Source: Vicugna vicugna (Eukaryota). From it: a stretch of DNA of 64,000 nt. The stretch is taken from assembly GCA_013265495.1 (NCBI GenBank), contig MU057640.1, positions 1 through 64,000 on the forward strand, written 5' to 3'. The translations under genes and the position numbers were made by a program. Position 1 is the stretch's first letter; the number at the start of each line of letters is the position of its first letter. This document shows positions 12,111-25,628 of this stretch, piece by piece. A model generated the notes under the pieces. It ran no database searches and was not told the origin of the DNA. It worked only from the letters and a program-made list of their open reading frames with translations.

Positions 12111-14679
12111 TCACTTTTTGTGAAAAATAATGATTTATCATTATATAGATTATGTAGATTTTGATTCATAAACAAAACTAATAAACACAGAAACTGAAAG
12201 TTCTGAAGTATCTCAAAGTTCTTTAATTCATTACATTTTGTTTCAAAGATCTTTTCATAGTTGAAGTTCCATTCAACAGATTTATTAATTCAGTGAAGAC
12301 GTTGAATTATATAGGTAAGAGATGACAGTCGAAGTTTATGGTCCTAAAGAATTTTAAATTGATTAGAGGAGATGAGACTTGTAATAACTATAAAAAAGAA
12401 ATTCCGTTTCTTACTGTAGATGCCAGATTTCAGTGCTACTTACACAACTTTTTGAGCTCATAGGTGAAAAGTGTTCTTTCTGACTTGCTTCATGGATAAA
12501 TATGGCATTTGAGCTGTGTCTTGAAGGTTAGGTAGGGTTTTAGGTAAATTGAACTCTGAAAAGAGTCAGTCTATATAGAAGGGTTGGTTAAAGATGAAGA
12601 AGAATGCTAGGTACCTCCTTGTTCATTAAATGAGATGAATGGTTGGTTTTTGAGTTCTTTTCATTCTTTTTTTCCTTTTTTTATACTGGACATATTTCAG
12701 TAGTTTGATTTTTTTTAAAAACACTAAAATAGGAGCGAGAGAAAAAGAATATTTAAAAGCCACTGAGATCTTATCCATAACTTTTGGTTATTTTGTTTTT
12801 CAGTTTTAAAATTTCTATTTGTTCTTCTTTATGCCTTCTGTGTTTTTTTTTCGTTTTTTGTTTTTTTGCTGATGATTTCTAATTTAATATTTAAGAGTAT
12901 TTGATGTTAATTTGAGCATTTTTAAAGTCCTTGTGAGATAATTCCAATATCTAAGACCATATCTTCATTGGTCTTGTCTTCCCATGTGAGCTAAGATTTT
13001 TGTGATTTTCTTACGCTGAGCAATTTTGATTTATATTCTGGGCATTCTGAATATTGTGTTAAGATTCTAGGTTTTATTTAAATTCTTTGGAAAATGTTGG
13101 TATTTTTTTACTTTAGCATTTGTAGGTTATAGTTCCAATGTCTGTTCAGTTTTCAGGGCTTTGTCAGTGCTTTTTAGATCTGTCCCATGTGTGTTCCACT
13201 CAGTGGCCAGTCTGTGATCTGGGTGGATGTCTGCTCATTTTCTCAGTTTTCAAAGTTTCATTATGTTAATTAGCATCAAATGCATACCGACACAGGTTGA
13301 AGGTGAGCTCAGGAGTTCGTAAACAACTTTATAGAGTTACTTTCCTGAGAACAAAAAAGAAGGGAAAAAAAAACAATACAGAGTTTGGCCTGCCAGGTTG
13401 GAGAGAGGGGCTTCATTTAATGGAGAGGTGTATCCCTCAGAATTTTTGCTTCTAGGGGTTTTCCATTCCCAGATGCTCTTAATATTTTTGCTGTTGCATC
13501 CACCACGGAAGATGTAGGGCCTGGGACATGAGAATATGGAGAGAAAGGAGAATGGAAAAATACCCAGGTGATTTCTCACACGTCCTTTGAGCTTTAAGAG
13601 TTATCTTTTCTGGCCTTGAAGGAGTTTCTCATGTATCTCTCTACTTGCACCACAGTGCTCACTTCTGGGTTTTGGGTTGTGTTGAATTCAGGCTGGGGGA
13701 TACCAGAGGGGAAAAATGGTAAACTTACAACAAGTTTGGTGATGCTTTGAATTCTGGTACTCTTCCCAGATCTACCTGTAATATTTAGATTTCAGAGTTT
13801 TAAAATAGCTGTTCATGCATTCTGTCCAGGTTTTAGTTTAGTTCAGTGGAAGATAAAGGAAGGTGTGTGTTTATGCCAAACTGGAAGACTTCCCAACATT
13901 TTTTTTTAATTTTATTTCAGTACAAATTTACATTCATGGGAAGTTGTAAAAAGAGGGAGGTCCTAGTTTCTCCCAGTAGTTACGTCTTACATAGCTGTAG
14001 CACAATATCTAAACCGGGAAATTAACATTAACACCAACTTTTTATTATAAAACATTCAAATGTGTAAGAATGGTGAACATCTGTATGTCTCCCACTGATA
14101 ATTCAATAACTTAAATATGTTGCCCTGCTTGTTTTATATATATTCTAATATGTAGGCATTCTCTTTTCTGTGAACCACTTGAAAGTTGGGGGCATTAAAT
14201 AGTTCACCCTTAAATACTCAAGTGTAAATCTTCTAAGAAAAAGGATATTATACTTTAAGAAACATTTAATAAAAGGAAATTATTTTTCTATATAACTCCA
14301 ATACCATTATCATACCTAAGAATATTAACAGTGTGAGTTTTTTAGATTATAGTCTTAGTGTTCCAAGGCTTTTGTTTTGACTCTTGAAGGCTTAAGTTAT
14401 TGTTCAAGGGGATGATACACCCTTGGTGATTATTTTAAGAGTCTGGGCTCTTAAAGTGTGTACAATTCAGAGCTATAGAGTTTCCTGATTCTGTATTCTT
14501 GTTCTGTGTCAGTCTTCCCTCAGCTCAGACTCCCTACAGTTCTCTGAGAAGATATTCATAAAAATAGTCTTTATCAGGAGTTTATAAGTTTGTTAGGCTA
14601 ATTTAGGACTAGCACGTAACCTTATTTTTAATCATTAGCCAGGACATTATAGTTAAAGTCATAGAGTTTCTGATATGGT

Positions 14680-15092
14680 GATATGTAAGGATTATATACG
14701 CTGTAATTGAAGATCTGACTGCAAGGCTTAAAGAGAAGTTTGTTTTTCTTATGTAAGTCTAGAAGTAGGCTTTTGCTCATGTTTCAGTGATTCAACAATG
14801 TTGGGGCCAATATCTTTGTGATTTGTTTGGCCTTCATGGTGCTAAGATAATTGCTTGCAGCTCCGGCCTTCCACCCATAGTTAAGGAGGAAAGCTAAAGA
14901 TCCAGGCCAAGTGAAAGCTTTCCTAGAAGTGACTTCCTTAGAAGCACTTCTGATGTCTCATGGGCCAAAATTAGGACCCCAAATGGACATCTCTAACTGT
15001 AGTTAGCCTTTTGGCCTCTACAGTGAGAGGCAAGGAAGGAGGAAGGATTTGAGAATGGCCTTTTGTGTAGCCAGTTAACAGCATCTGTCACA
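14680..15092. mobile_element. MLT1-like LTR (old)
   Basis: ggcttaaagagaagtttgtttttcttatgtaagtctagaagtaggc...cagcatctgtcaca. Confidence 0.55.
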
Positions 15093-17645
15093 ATTATATG
15101 ATCACATTCATTTTGCTTTAGAAATATATTAGTTTTATTTCAGTATGATGTTCAACACATAGGTGCTTTGTAATTATACAGTAACATCTTACTGGTTACT
15201 GTGGGAAACAAAAAGAAACAAAATGGATTTAACTTTAGGTGTGAAGGTGAACTATTGGTTATGCAAGGTGAAGCTTGGCTTGAATTTTGGGACTTTCAGC
15301 ATTATTGAATTTATGAGTGTCTGTTTTCTCATCTGAAATATCTGGCTTCTAGGGTAATTGTGAAGTGTGAAGGAGATAGTTTATGTAAATTACCTAATAC
15401 AGGGCCTGCTACATTGGAGGCGCTCTGGTAGGAGATATTATAATAGTTTTTGGTGGGTGGGCAGTATGGTAGAGTGGAAGAGCATGGACTTTATAGTGGA
15501 CAGACTTGATTTGATTCCTATTTTCACTGCACACTAGATGTATGTTCTCAGGCAAATCAGTTAATCTCTCTGAGATAGTTTATCAATGTGCAGTGTTTAT
15601 CAGAATTGTTAGAAGGATTGTTGATTTTATACACACATACATTCACACACAGTGTAGCTCCATGTAGATTCTCAGTAAAAAGCATCTGTTCCTGTTGTTT
15701 TTAGTTATTATTTCTGTACTTTGGGATCCACATAATGGGGGAATCAGTCATTGACTTTACTTTAGAAATTTGTGAAGTCTGTTTTATAAGATTCACTTCT
15801 GTTCAGAAAAATTGGTCGGCTACAAAAACTGGACACTGTTACTGTGGTAAACAAAAAAAAGCTTTTAAATTTAGTTCTGAAGGTGAGCTTTTTGATTATG
15901 CAAAATAAAACTGGCTTGAGTTTGGGGACCTTGGTATAATGGTGGTTTGCTAGGAATCTCATTTATTGTTTTTTGCTCAACATGGTTTTAAGACTTAAAC
16001 ATATATGTAAATCTAGTTTATACCAGATGGCTGTGTATAATATTACATTTTATATGCATTTTTTCATTTTACTTATGCATTTCTTTAATAATGGATTTCT
16101 AGGTGTGGCTTGAAAATTGCTAACACAAATAGTACTGCTATGAACTTCCATATACATATCCCTTATTGACTTGTGCAAAGGTTTCTCTGTGGTATATACT
16201 GAAGAAAGGAATTCTGACTTGTGGTCCATACATATATTTAATTTCATTAAATACTGCCGGAATAGTTGCCCAGTTTATGCTCCCAACATCAGTGTTAGGA
16301 TTCCCATTTCCTTAAATCCTCACCGGTATTTGGTCTTATCCATCTGTTTAGTCTTGTCAATCTGATGGGAATAAAGTGGTATTTCATTTTAATTTACATT
16401 TCAGTGATTGAGAGTGAGATTGGGCATCTCTTTATTTACTTGGATACCATTTTTGTCTCCCCTACATACTGACTAAAAAGTTACCCAAGTAATACTTATT
16501 AGTTGTAGATATTTTTTTAAAATACAAGTAGAAAAATATAAAAAGGTCATCTCTAGTACCCTAATCCAGAGGTAACTGCTAATAACATTGGCTATATCTT
16601 TCTGGTCTTTAAATATTCATACACATACAAATTCATATACACATACACAGATAGGTATTTTTGTTTATTAGTAGGATCATATACACAGTTTCATAACTTA
16701 CATTTTTCACTTCACAATAATTTATGACCATTTTTCCATGTTGTTGGAAATTTTTGTACATCATCATGTAATAGGTGCATATCATTCCATTTTATGGCTT
16801 AAAGTTATTTAATCTTATAGGACATTTATGTTATTTTTGGTTTTTCTCTCATTAACAGTACTATGGTGAACTGTTTTGATAATGCAGGGCTAGAGGCGTT
16901 ATGCTTTTGCTCCCTATGTGAAACTGGGTTTATAGCAAATTGCAGGCTGTTTTAGTCTATTTTCCACTTAGATTCTAGGGCAGCTGTTAACACTTCACTG
17001 TATAAAGACAACATTTAGCCCTTGATGTTCCAGGGCTAGATAGAGTTCAAAGATTTCTCAGTTTTGCCCTATCCCTCTCTCTTATTTTTCACTCTGGGAA
17101 GGCCAGGTTAGCATAGAAGGATGGTGCAAGAGTAGACTTAGACCTGCATTTCAATATCACTGTCCCCTCTGATAGAGAGGCTCAGTTTCAACTATGACAG
17201 AGCTCTAAATCAATAACTTCATTTTATTTTCCAAAAATGTTAATAGCTTTTTATTTTAAAAGTAAGAATGTTCAAGTGAAACAATTAAGAAAATATAGAA
17301 AACCATGAAGAAAATAAAATTCCTATAATCCTACTCAAAGATAATCTGCTTATTACCATTTTACCTTATATCTTTTTTTATGTTTTTCTTAATTATTTAC
17401 TTACCAAAGCCAATAATTAAGGAATTATGTAAGCTCAAATCATTGGTAACTTGATATTAGCTAAGGGGTGGGGTTGGGTGGATAATTACACCAAGGAAGT
17501 TGGCAAATGCTACAAATCAGGGCTTCCTCCTCCCTGCCCAATTCCATCCAGAGCCAGTTTATCAGCATACTACAATGTATATACATTATATCAATAAATA
17601 TAGATCTTCATTTTTAATGGCTTCATATAAGTCCATTGTATAGAT

Positions 17646-17825
17646 CAGTGGTTCTCAATGTGGTCCTTGGAGCAGCAGTAACAGTGTTACCTGGGGATTT
17701 GTTAGAAATTCGAATTTTTGACCCAGACCTACAGAATCAGAAACTCTTCTACTGGGGCCCAGCAGTCTGTGGTCTTTCACACTCTTTAGGTGATTGTGAT
17801 GCATGCTAAAGCTTGAGAACCACTG
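17646..17825. mobile_element. MER5A hAT-Charlie MITE
   Basis: TIRs cagtggttctcaa ... ttgagaaccactg; internal cccagacctacagaatcagaaactc. Confidence 0.88.
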
Positions 17826-19289
17826 GTATGTATAGACATACTATAAATTATCTGATTGGTATGATGATTTCTGTATGATAAATTCCTAGGTGTATGCTCA
17901 TTTAAAGTCTTCGGATGCATATTGCCAAATTATATTCTAAAAATGATATACTAGTTTCTATTCCCACCTGAACTCTACATCAAACACTACTTTAAAATGT
18001 ATGAAGATTTGCTTGCTGCAAAAGTTGCTACTAATGGTGCCAAACTGTTAAAAGGGGAGAAAAGATCTCAGCAAGAACTTGTGACTCTTCTTGGCTCACA
18101 TAGACAGTAAGCTGGAAGTACTTCATTTTAAAGACTTTTATTAGATTAGGAGCCAGAACTTACAAGTATTGGTGAAAATAATTCAGGCAGATTTGCCATA
18201 TTTCATTGGCCTGATTACTGGCACTTATGTTTTTCATTTTGAACTTTTATTAAAGAGCAATTGCAAACACTAAAACTGGCCCTTGCTCCAGCCTTCATCC
18301 TTTGTTGACTTTTTTCCCCTAGAATGATAGCTTTGGACTCAAACTGTTAATTTTATGATGGCATTAATAGAGTGCACCAAATTGCTAAGCTTCCAGATTT
18401 ATATAGCCTCAGAAATAATTTGATTATTTAATAATTTAATACCTTAAGTAAATATTCAGTAATTTGTTCTTACTGATACCGCCACAGTTTACGTTCTTGA
18501 CCTGAACAGTTAGTTCTCATACATTCCTTAACAAGTGCAGCTGGAAATGATTTTTTTTATTTAAATTTTTACAAGATTATTGTCTGTACAGTTCATTTTA
18601 AGCATTTCAGTTCTCTTTAAGGAGATGAGTTTCTTTAATTTTTTTTATGGTGCACTGCCATCTGGAAAAAAGGAAAGCAAAGTAACATTTTTTGCATGCT
18701 ATCTATCAGTCAGGTCAAATATGTTTATACATGGTGCTTTAATCCCTCACACGATGCTGTAAAGTAGGTCATGGTTTTGTATCCCCATTGTTGCCGAAAA
18801 GAAGACAGACAGAGAGGTTTAAAAAGTTGACTAAAGTATCTAATAAACAGAAAAGTAGACTTTGAATGTAGACATTCAACAAGCATTTTATAGAGGACCT
18901 ACTGTGTATGGGGACCTTTTATAAGTATCAAGAATACAAAAATGCTTAAGATTTAGCTTTTGTCCTCAAGGAACTCAGTCTTATTAAAGAAGACAGACAG
19001 TACAGGGTGATGACTCCTATAACAAAGATATCAAAAGAGTGATTTGGGAAACAGTGAAGGGAGCACCTGACTTTGCTTTGGAGGATTGGGGATGGCTTTG
19101 AAGAAGAATGTGACCTTTCATGTTTTGATAAGCACAAAAATCTTATTGTACCCTCATGTTTAATGAAATTTCAAAATAAATTAATTACTATTTCTAAAAG
19201 CAAATCAAACTGATAACTTCAGAATTTTTTTGAACTACATTTGCCATCTATCCCAGTATTCTAATGTGTTCTCAGTGGAGGGTTTTTAA

Positions 19290-20012
19290 AAAATTAATTT
19301 ATATTTTTTTATTGAACTATAGTTGGTTTACAGTGTTTCAGGTGTACAGCAAAGTGATTTCAGTTATACATATATGTATATATCCCTTTTCAGATACTTT
19401 TCTATTATATGTAATTACAAGATACTGAATATAATTCCCTGTGCTATAAGTAGGTCCTTGTTGTTTATCTGTTTTATATATAGTTGTATATATCTGTTAA
19501 TCCCAATTCCAAATTTATCGCTCCTCTGCCCTTTCCCCTTTGATAACCGTAAGTTTGTTTTCTACGTCTGTGAGTCTTTCTGTTTTATAAATAAGTTCAT
19601 TTGTATCATTTTTTTAGATTCCACATGTAACCGATATGATGTTTGTCTTTCTCTGACTTCATTTAATGTGATAATCTCCAGGTCCATCCATGTTGCTGCA
19701 AATGGCATTATTTTGTTCTTTTTTATGGCTGAGTAATATTCCATTATAGGTATACCACATTTTCTTTATCCATTCATCTGCTGATGGACATTTAGGTTGC
19801 TTTCATGTCTTGGCTGTTGTAAATAGTGCTGCTATGAACATAGAGATGTATGTATCTTTTTGAATTAAAGTTTTCTCCAGATACATGCCCAGGAGTGGGA
19901 TTGCTGGATCACACAGTAACTATTTTTAGTTTTTTTAAGGAATCTCTGTGCTGTTTTCCATAGTGGCTGCACCAGTTTACTTTCCCACCAGCAGTATAGG
20001 AGAGTCCCCCTT
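19290..20012 (-). mobile_element. LINE-1 3' end (ORF2 C-terminus plus 3'UTR)
   Basis: Minus-strand ORF MEYYSAIKKNKIMPFAATWMDLEIITL; typical L1 3'UTR. Confidence 0.92.
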
Positions 20013-20104
20013 TTAAGGAGGGGTTTGTTTTAGCACTTAATACTTTTAAAAGCTGCATTGTATGCCATGGTTTAGATATATCATAATTTATTCAATCAGT
20101 CACC

Positions 20105-20180
20105 TTTTTTTTTTTTTTAGGTGGAGGTACAGGGGATTGAACCCAGGCATGCACTCTACCACTGAGCTGTACCCTCCCCC
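20105..20180 (-). mobile_element. Vic-1-type SINE (internally deleted)
   Basis: ggggattgaacccagg...ctctaccactgagct; flanking repeat aa(t/c)cagtcacc. Confidence 0.8.
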
Positions 20181-22095
20181 TAACCAGTCACCATTTAAAA
20201 AAAAATTTAAGCTTACATTTTTTACTATTACAAATAGTGCTAGTGTGAACTTTTTTAAGCATTCATCTTTGTCTGCTTTTATTATGCCCTTAGTATAGTT
20301 CCTGGAAATAGAATTGCTAGATCAAATATTTTTATTATGGATATATATTACTTCTTTTGTTATCTGTCATTGTCTTTTGCCCTTTTCTGTTTTACATGCT
20401 GTCTTCGTAACATGGGTTTTGTTACAGGGGTTTTTGGTACATTTGTTTTTCATTTTGTTGAAAAGTAGGTAAGCATAGGTTGATTTCTGGTGGTCTTTTG
20501 GCATGTAGAGTAAGGTGATACACATAACCAGAGTGTCTCTGATAATGCAGGTTAAAGTAGTATATTGGAGAGGAAAGAATGCCAGTGGAAACCAGGAGAT
20601 ATACATTATGGTCCCATCATAAACAGTGACTATTTAATCATATGATTTTAAAATTGTTTTCATCATGTATATATTTCCCTATCCATAACATGTGAATAAT
20701 ATTAGCTTTAAGTTTTTGCCCATAATATGAAATAAAAAGAGAAGATGTATATAAAATGGAAGCCAGAGATATTATGTGACATATTTAAAATCATACAGTT
20801 TGAAAGTGGTAGTCAGGTCTTTAGCCACAGTTCATCAGACTTCAAGTCTAATATTCTGTCACTATATTACAGCCCTATTGGAGATACGGTGTATAGAGCA
20901 AAAGATCTATAGAACAGAAAGTGTATTACAACATCAAACTATCTTTAGTCTTTGCTGTGATACCAACCATAGTCTTTTTTTTTTTTTCTTTTGAAACAAG
21001 CCTTTGACTTTCACTCCCTGTCCCCAAACAAGTTAATGGGGGAGATTATGGTAGAATTTTAAATGAACACAAGAATAGATTCTGAGATGGATAATACTGA
21101 TAATAAAGAGAAAATTACAGAAATGGTACTATAGGGCTAGAAGGTATCTTTCTTGTTACTGGGGTGTAAGAAGACACAGCAGAAATGCAAATGAATTATT
21201 GTTATTTCAGTGTCTTTTGATCTCTCCGCAAGTCTTTTTTCATTCTTAAAGGGAGTTCTCTTAAGGTGATTATTGATCTCAAGGATAGAGCTGATTTTGG
21301 ACACACACACATATACCCCACTTCTGTAGTTTTGAGTCTTTTTAGAGGATTGTTATTAGCTTGTTAGCTCCAGAATGATTCCAAGGTTCACAATTTATCC
21401 TGGTCATCCTGGGGAATTTCAGACTATAAAACTAAATTCTGGAAATTGAGGTAGAATTGAACTAATGGATAGAAGTTAGATGAGCCATGTAGCTAACTAC
21501 CTTGTTAACTTCAGCAGCTTTATGTAAAAGTGGAAATGAGACAAAACAAAACCTGTCATTTTTCTTGATGGTTTTGTTGGTCTTGAAAAAATGCTCTTTT
21601 TTTTATCTTAGTTCCTTCAACAAGCTAACTTTATGATATTTTGTCAAGGAGTTAAGTATTTTTAAAAACATAATAGAATAAAAGATGAGAACTTGTTAAT
21701 TGGTCATAATGATGGGAGTTTTTTCCTGTATAGCCATTGTATATTTTGACATTCAGATTTAAAAATTTTACTTATTTGATTTTATCTACTCTTAATATGG
21801 GACAATGGAGAAGAGAATGGCTAGCTTCTCAGATGAAACTTCTTTAAGAAAATAAAAAGTCTATCAGTGCATTTATTTCAGTTCTCAAATAATGATGAAT
21901 GTGAATGAATTTCTGGATTTTTCCTGAAATTTATATTACATCTGGAATGTTCTATATTTCTAAATATTTTGTTTCTAACATTGAGTGCAATATGGTAAAG
22001 TAAATATCAATGTATTTTATAGCAGTATGAATATTGACCACAATGCATTGTTTCTTTTATTCCCATGTGATTTCAGTTTATTTCTAGTGAAGCCC

Positions 22096-22132
22096 GCCCG
22101 GCTAGCTCAGTCGGTAGAGCATGAGACTCTTA
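22096..22132 (+). pseudogene. tRNA-Lys(CTT) 5'-half tailless retropseudogene
   Basis: 37 nt identical to tRNA-Lys-CTT positions 1-37 (GCCCGGCTAGCTCAGTCGGTAGAGCATGAGACTCTTA). No 3' half and no A tail; TSD ttattt(c/t)tagtga. Confidence 0.88.
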
Positions 22133-22577
22133 TTTTTAGTGAGCTTAAGTGTGTTTTATAGTCACATCAATAAGTGATCTAGACTTACAGGATTTCCATT
22201 TTCTTCTTCTAGAATTTGTCAAAATTCTTGGAATTTTCTGGAAAATAAATCCAGTCGACATAGTTGTTTTGACCATTTTCATTTGAACCACTTTTCTTAA
22301 TAGAGGATATTAATCTTGCCCCTGCAGGAATTTTTGGTCTGATATGAAATAAGTTAACTGATCAAATGTGTTCTTGTCAATTTTCCTCTTTAATATTTGA
22401 TTTACAAATGATTAAAAATGAGTTCTCAAACTCACAATAGGGAGACAATACTGATTTTTAAAAGAAATAACAAAATTATGTATAAATTATTTATTCTAGT
22501 AAACTTCTGCCAAATTTGCTTTCTGCTATAATACTGTCATTAAAAGTTTTAAGTCATTTCTACATTGAAAAAAAAAA

Positions 22578-22868
22578 CTATGATTACCAAAGGGGAAAGG
22601 ACAGAGGAGGGATAAATTATGAGTTTGAGATTAACAGATACACATTAATATATATAAAATAGATAAACAACAAGGACCTACTGTGTAACACAGGGAACTA
22701 TATTCAGTTTCTTATAATAACTTATGGAAAACGATCTGAAAAAAAAAAAGCATGTATATATATAACTAAATTGTTTTGCTGTACACCTGAAACTAACATT
22801 GTAAATCAACTACACTTCAATAAAAAACAAAATTAAAAAAAATTTTTAATTTAAAAAAGAAAAAAAAG
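22578..22868 (+). mobile_element. LINE-1 3' end fragment
   Basis: ttaccaaaggggaaagg...gataaacaacaaggacc...tacacttcaataaaaaa plus A-rich tail. Confidence 0.88.
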
Positions 22869-23744
22869 AGTTTCAGTCATACTCTCTTAAAAAAATTTCT
22901 AACAAGGAACTTACATCTTACAGGGGAGAGGTTTTCCAGAAGTTTAGTTTTAGTAATGAAGTTTCTTCTGTTAGTGTCAACAAAACATCTGATAGATCAG
23001 ACATTCTTTATTACCTTTTCTTTGGTTTACAGTCTCAGTGATTAGAATTGGGCTGAGCACATATCAGAGTCTCAACAAAGTTTTTGTGGGTTGCTAGATG
23101 CTGAGGGCCTTTAAAATCCTTAGACTTCACTTATATAGAACACATTTTGAATTGGAATTTTCTTTACTTCTGTTTTGTTTTGTTGTCAGAATTTCCTGGT
23201 AGTATTCAGTTAAGACTCAGGGATTTTCTTCTAGAGATTAGGCAGCGTTTTCTTCCCTTAGGAGAGTTTATTCGGTCTTTTTCTTTGTAGCATGTGCTTA
23301 CCAGGCAGAGTAGCCACTGTGTTCTAGTGAGAAAACCTATTGCCAAAACACCTATTAGAGCAGAAAACTGACCTACTTAATGCTGACAAGTTTTCAAAAA
23401 ATCTATGGAATTGTACCAGCTTTGGATCAACTTCTTTCTTCTCTTGTGGTAGAAAGGGAACGGTAGAGAAGAGGATAAGAAAAGATGTGAACTGCTGTAG
23501 GGGAGTAAGTGAATATTTAATTACCCGTAATGATTTGATTAAAAGCTATTCATTTGGTCCAATTTGAAGGCCTCTCTCTAAAGCACAGTAGTTCTTCTTA
23601 AATCACTTTAAACGTAAACAAAAGAAAAAGAAAAAGCCATAGGAAGTCCCTCAGGCTTTCATGATAATAATTTAGAGAAGCTCTCTAGTTGAGGTTGTCA
23701 GCCAGCATTTCATGAATAATTGTTTTTTTGCAATTTACTTAAAA

Positions 23745-23857
23745 TTTTTTTTTTTTGGCAGGGAAAGTAATTAGACTTATTTATTTATGTTTAGAGGAGG
23801 TACTGAGGATTGAATCCAGGACCTCGTGCATGCTACCACTTGAGCTGTACCTTCCTA
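23745..23857 (-). mobile_element. Vic-1-type SINE
   Basis: gtaattagacttatttattt...gaggaggtactgaggattgaatccaggacctcgtgcatgc...gagctgtac. Confidence 0.82.
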
Positions 23858-24069
23858 CTAGGATATGGTAAATTTATTTAAAAATTTTCAGTTTATAGTT
23901 TTACCAGTGTAGTATATTTCAGAATTTATAGATATTAAAATAAAAAAGAATGTCTGGAATTTTTTTATAGCCAGTAACTGTAAGGCCTTAGCTTTATGAA
24001 ACTCATTATTTCCGCTGTTATCCAAACTAATTTTCACTTCTCTCAGTATCACTAGCTTCTAAAGTTTTA

Positions 24070-24282
24070 GAGCCATACTATTCAATACAGAAGCCACTAG
24101 CCATATGTGGCTATTTAAATTTAAATTAATTAAAACTGAGTAAAATAAAAATTAGTACCCCCATCAAACTAGCCACATTTCAGGTGCTCACTAGCCAAAT
24201 GTGGCTAGTGGCTACCATGTTGGGTAGCACAGATATAACACGTCTTCATCACTGTAGAAAGTTCTGTTGGATAGGATTGTTC
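24070..24282. mobile_element. MER3 hAT MITE
   Basis: agccactagccatatgtggctatttaaatttaaattaatt...ctagccacatttc...gtagaaagttctgttgga. Confidence 0.85.
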
Positions 24283-24314
24283 TGAAGTCTGCCTCGTTCT
24301 GTCATTCTTTACTT

Positions 24315-24510
24315 CAGGGTTTCCCAGCCTGGGCACTGTTGACATTTTGGGGAGGATAATTTTTGTTGTGGCAGCCTTGTATGATGTTTAGCAGCACCCC
24401 TGGCCTCTACTTTACTAGATGCACTCACCCAGTTGTGACAGTAAAAAAATATCTCCAGACATTGCCACATGTGCCCTGGGAGAAAAATCAATCTTGTTTG
24501 AGAACTCCTG
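24315..24510 (+). mobile_element. MER20 hAT MITE
   Basis: ggcactgttgacattttgggg...gatgtttagcagcacccctggcctctac...tctccagacattgcca. Confidence 0.85.
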
Positions 24511-24534
24511 ATCTACTTACATTTATTAGTTCTG

Positions 24535-25020
24535 TATCAGCTAGTTTTTGCTTCATAAAAAGTTTAGTAGCTTAAAATAAATCATTTAATAGCTCATGAT
24601 TCTGTGGATTGGCAGTTTGGCTTGGAGTGTATTGGTCTCTGAGGTCTGGTGGTGGTTTGGCTGGAGCTGAATGGTATAGAATAGCCTAACTTATATGTGT
24701 GCTCATTGGCAAGCTTTTGGCCAGGGTAGGGTTGGGGAGTTTGTTCTCCATGTTGCCTTTCCAGCAGGCATATTCATTCACCTGATGTCTCCAAGTTCTA
24801 AGAGTAGCAAGAGAGGACAGATCCCAGTGTGCAAGCACTTTTCAAGTGCTTTTCATTTTTTAATGTCCCATTGGCCAAAGCAAGTTATATGTCCAAGCCC
24901 AAGTTCAGGAGGTAGAGGAAATGGATTCCACCTCTTGATAGGAAGAGTAGGAAAGTCACATTGTAAAGGAGTATGCATAAGGAATGGGAGGAATTATTGT
25001 GGCCATTTTTGTACACAGTT
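24535..25020. mobile_element. MLT1 (ERVL-MaLR) LTR
   Basis: ttagtagcttaaaataaatcatttaatagctcatgattctgtgg...cccattggccaaagcaag...ccacctcttgat. Confidence 0.75.
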
Positions 25021-25254
25021 TACTGCTATTATTTTCTGGACAGGTACCTTACAACTCTTTTATTCCATTTATCATTCCCGTTTTGGTTTTTGTTTGTTTT
25101 TGTCTTGGGGGTATTTTTGCTTTCTTTTTGTTTTATTGTTTTAAATAATTCATAGTTACTTTATTGTACTCACATGTTTTCTCTTTCTAGTATTCCTGAT
25201 TCTTTCCTGTGTTACTGTGCGTTCAACTGAGATTATTTTATTTCTTCATAAATA

Positions 25255-25628
25255 ATTTTTTATTTAGTTGAAGTATAGTTGATTTACAATACTGGGTTAG
25301 TTTCAGCTGTGTAGCAGAGTGATTCAGTTATATATATATTTTTTTCAGGTTATTTTCCATTGTAGGTTATTATAAGGTATTGAATAAAGTTCCCTGTATT
25401 ATGCACTAAACCTTGTTGCTTATTTTGTGTGTAGTAGTTTGTATCTGTTAATCCCATACTCCTAATTTATACCTGCCCCCCCTTCTTCTTTGGTAGCCAT
25501 AAGTTTGTTTACTGTGTCTATAGTCTGTTTCTGTTTTGTATACAGATTCATTTGTATTATTCTTTAGATTCCTCTTGTAAGTGGTATCATATATTTGTCT
25601 TTCTCTGACATACTTCACATGATAATTT
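25255..25628 (-). mobile_element. LINE-1 3' end inserted in an older L1-like element
   Basis: gaagtatagttgatttacaat...ctttggtagccataagtttgtt...ttagattcc. Confidence 0.85.

Noticed and set aside
24695..25144. 149-aa ORF
   Set aside because: Lies in an MLT1 LTR and low-complexity T-rich sequence, with no protein similarity or splice support.
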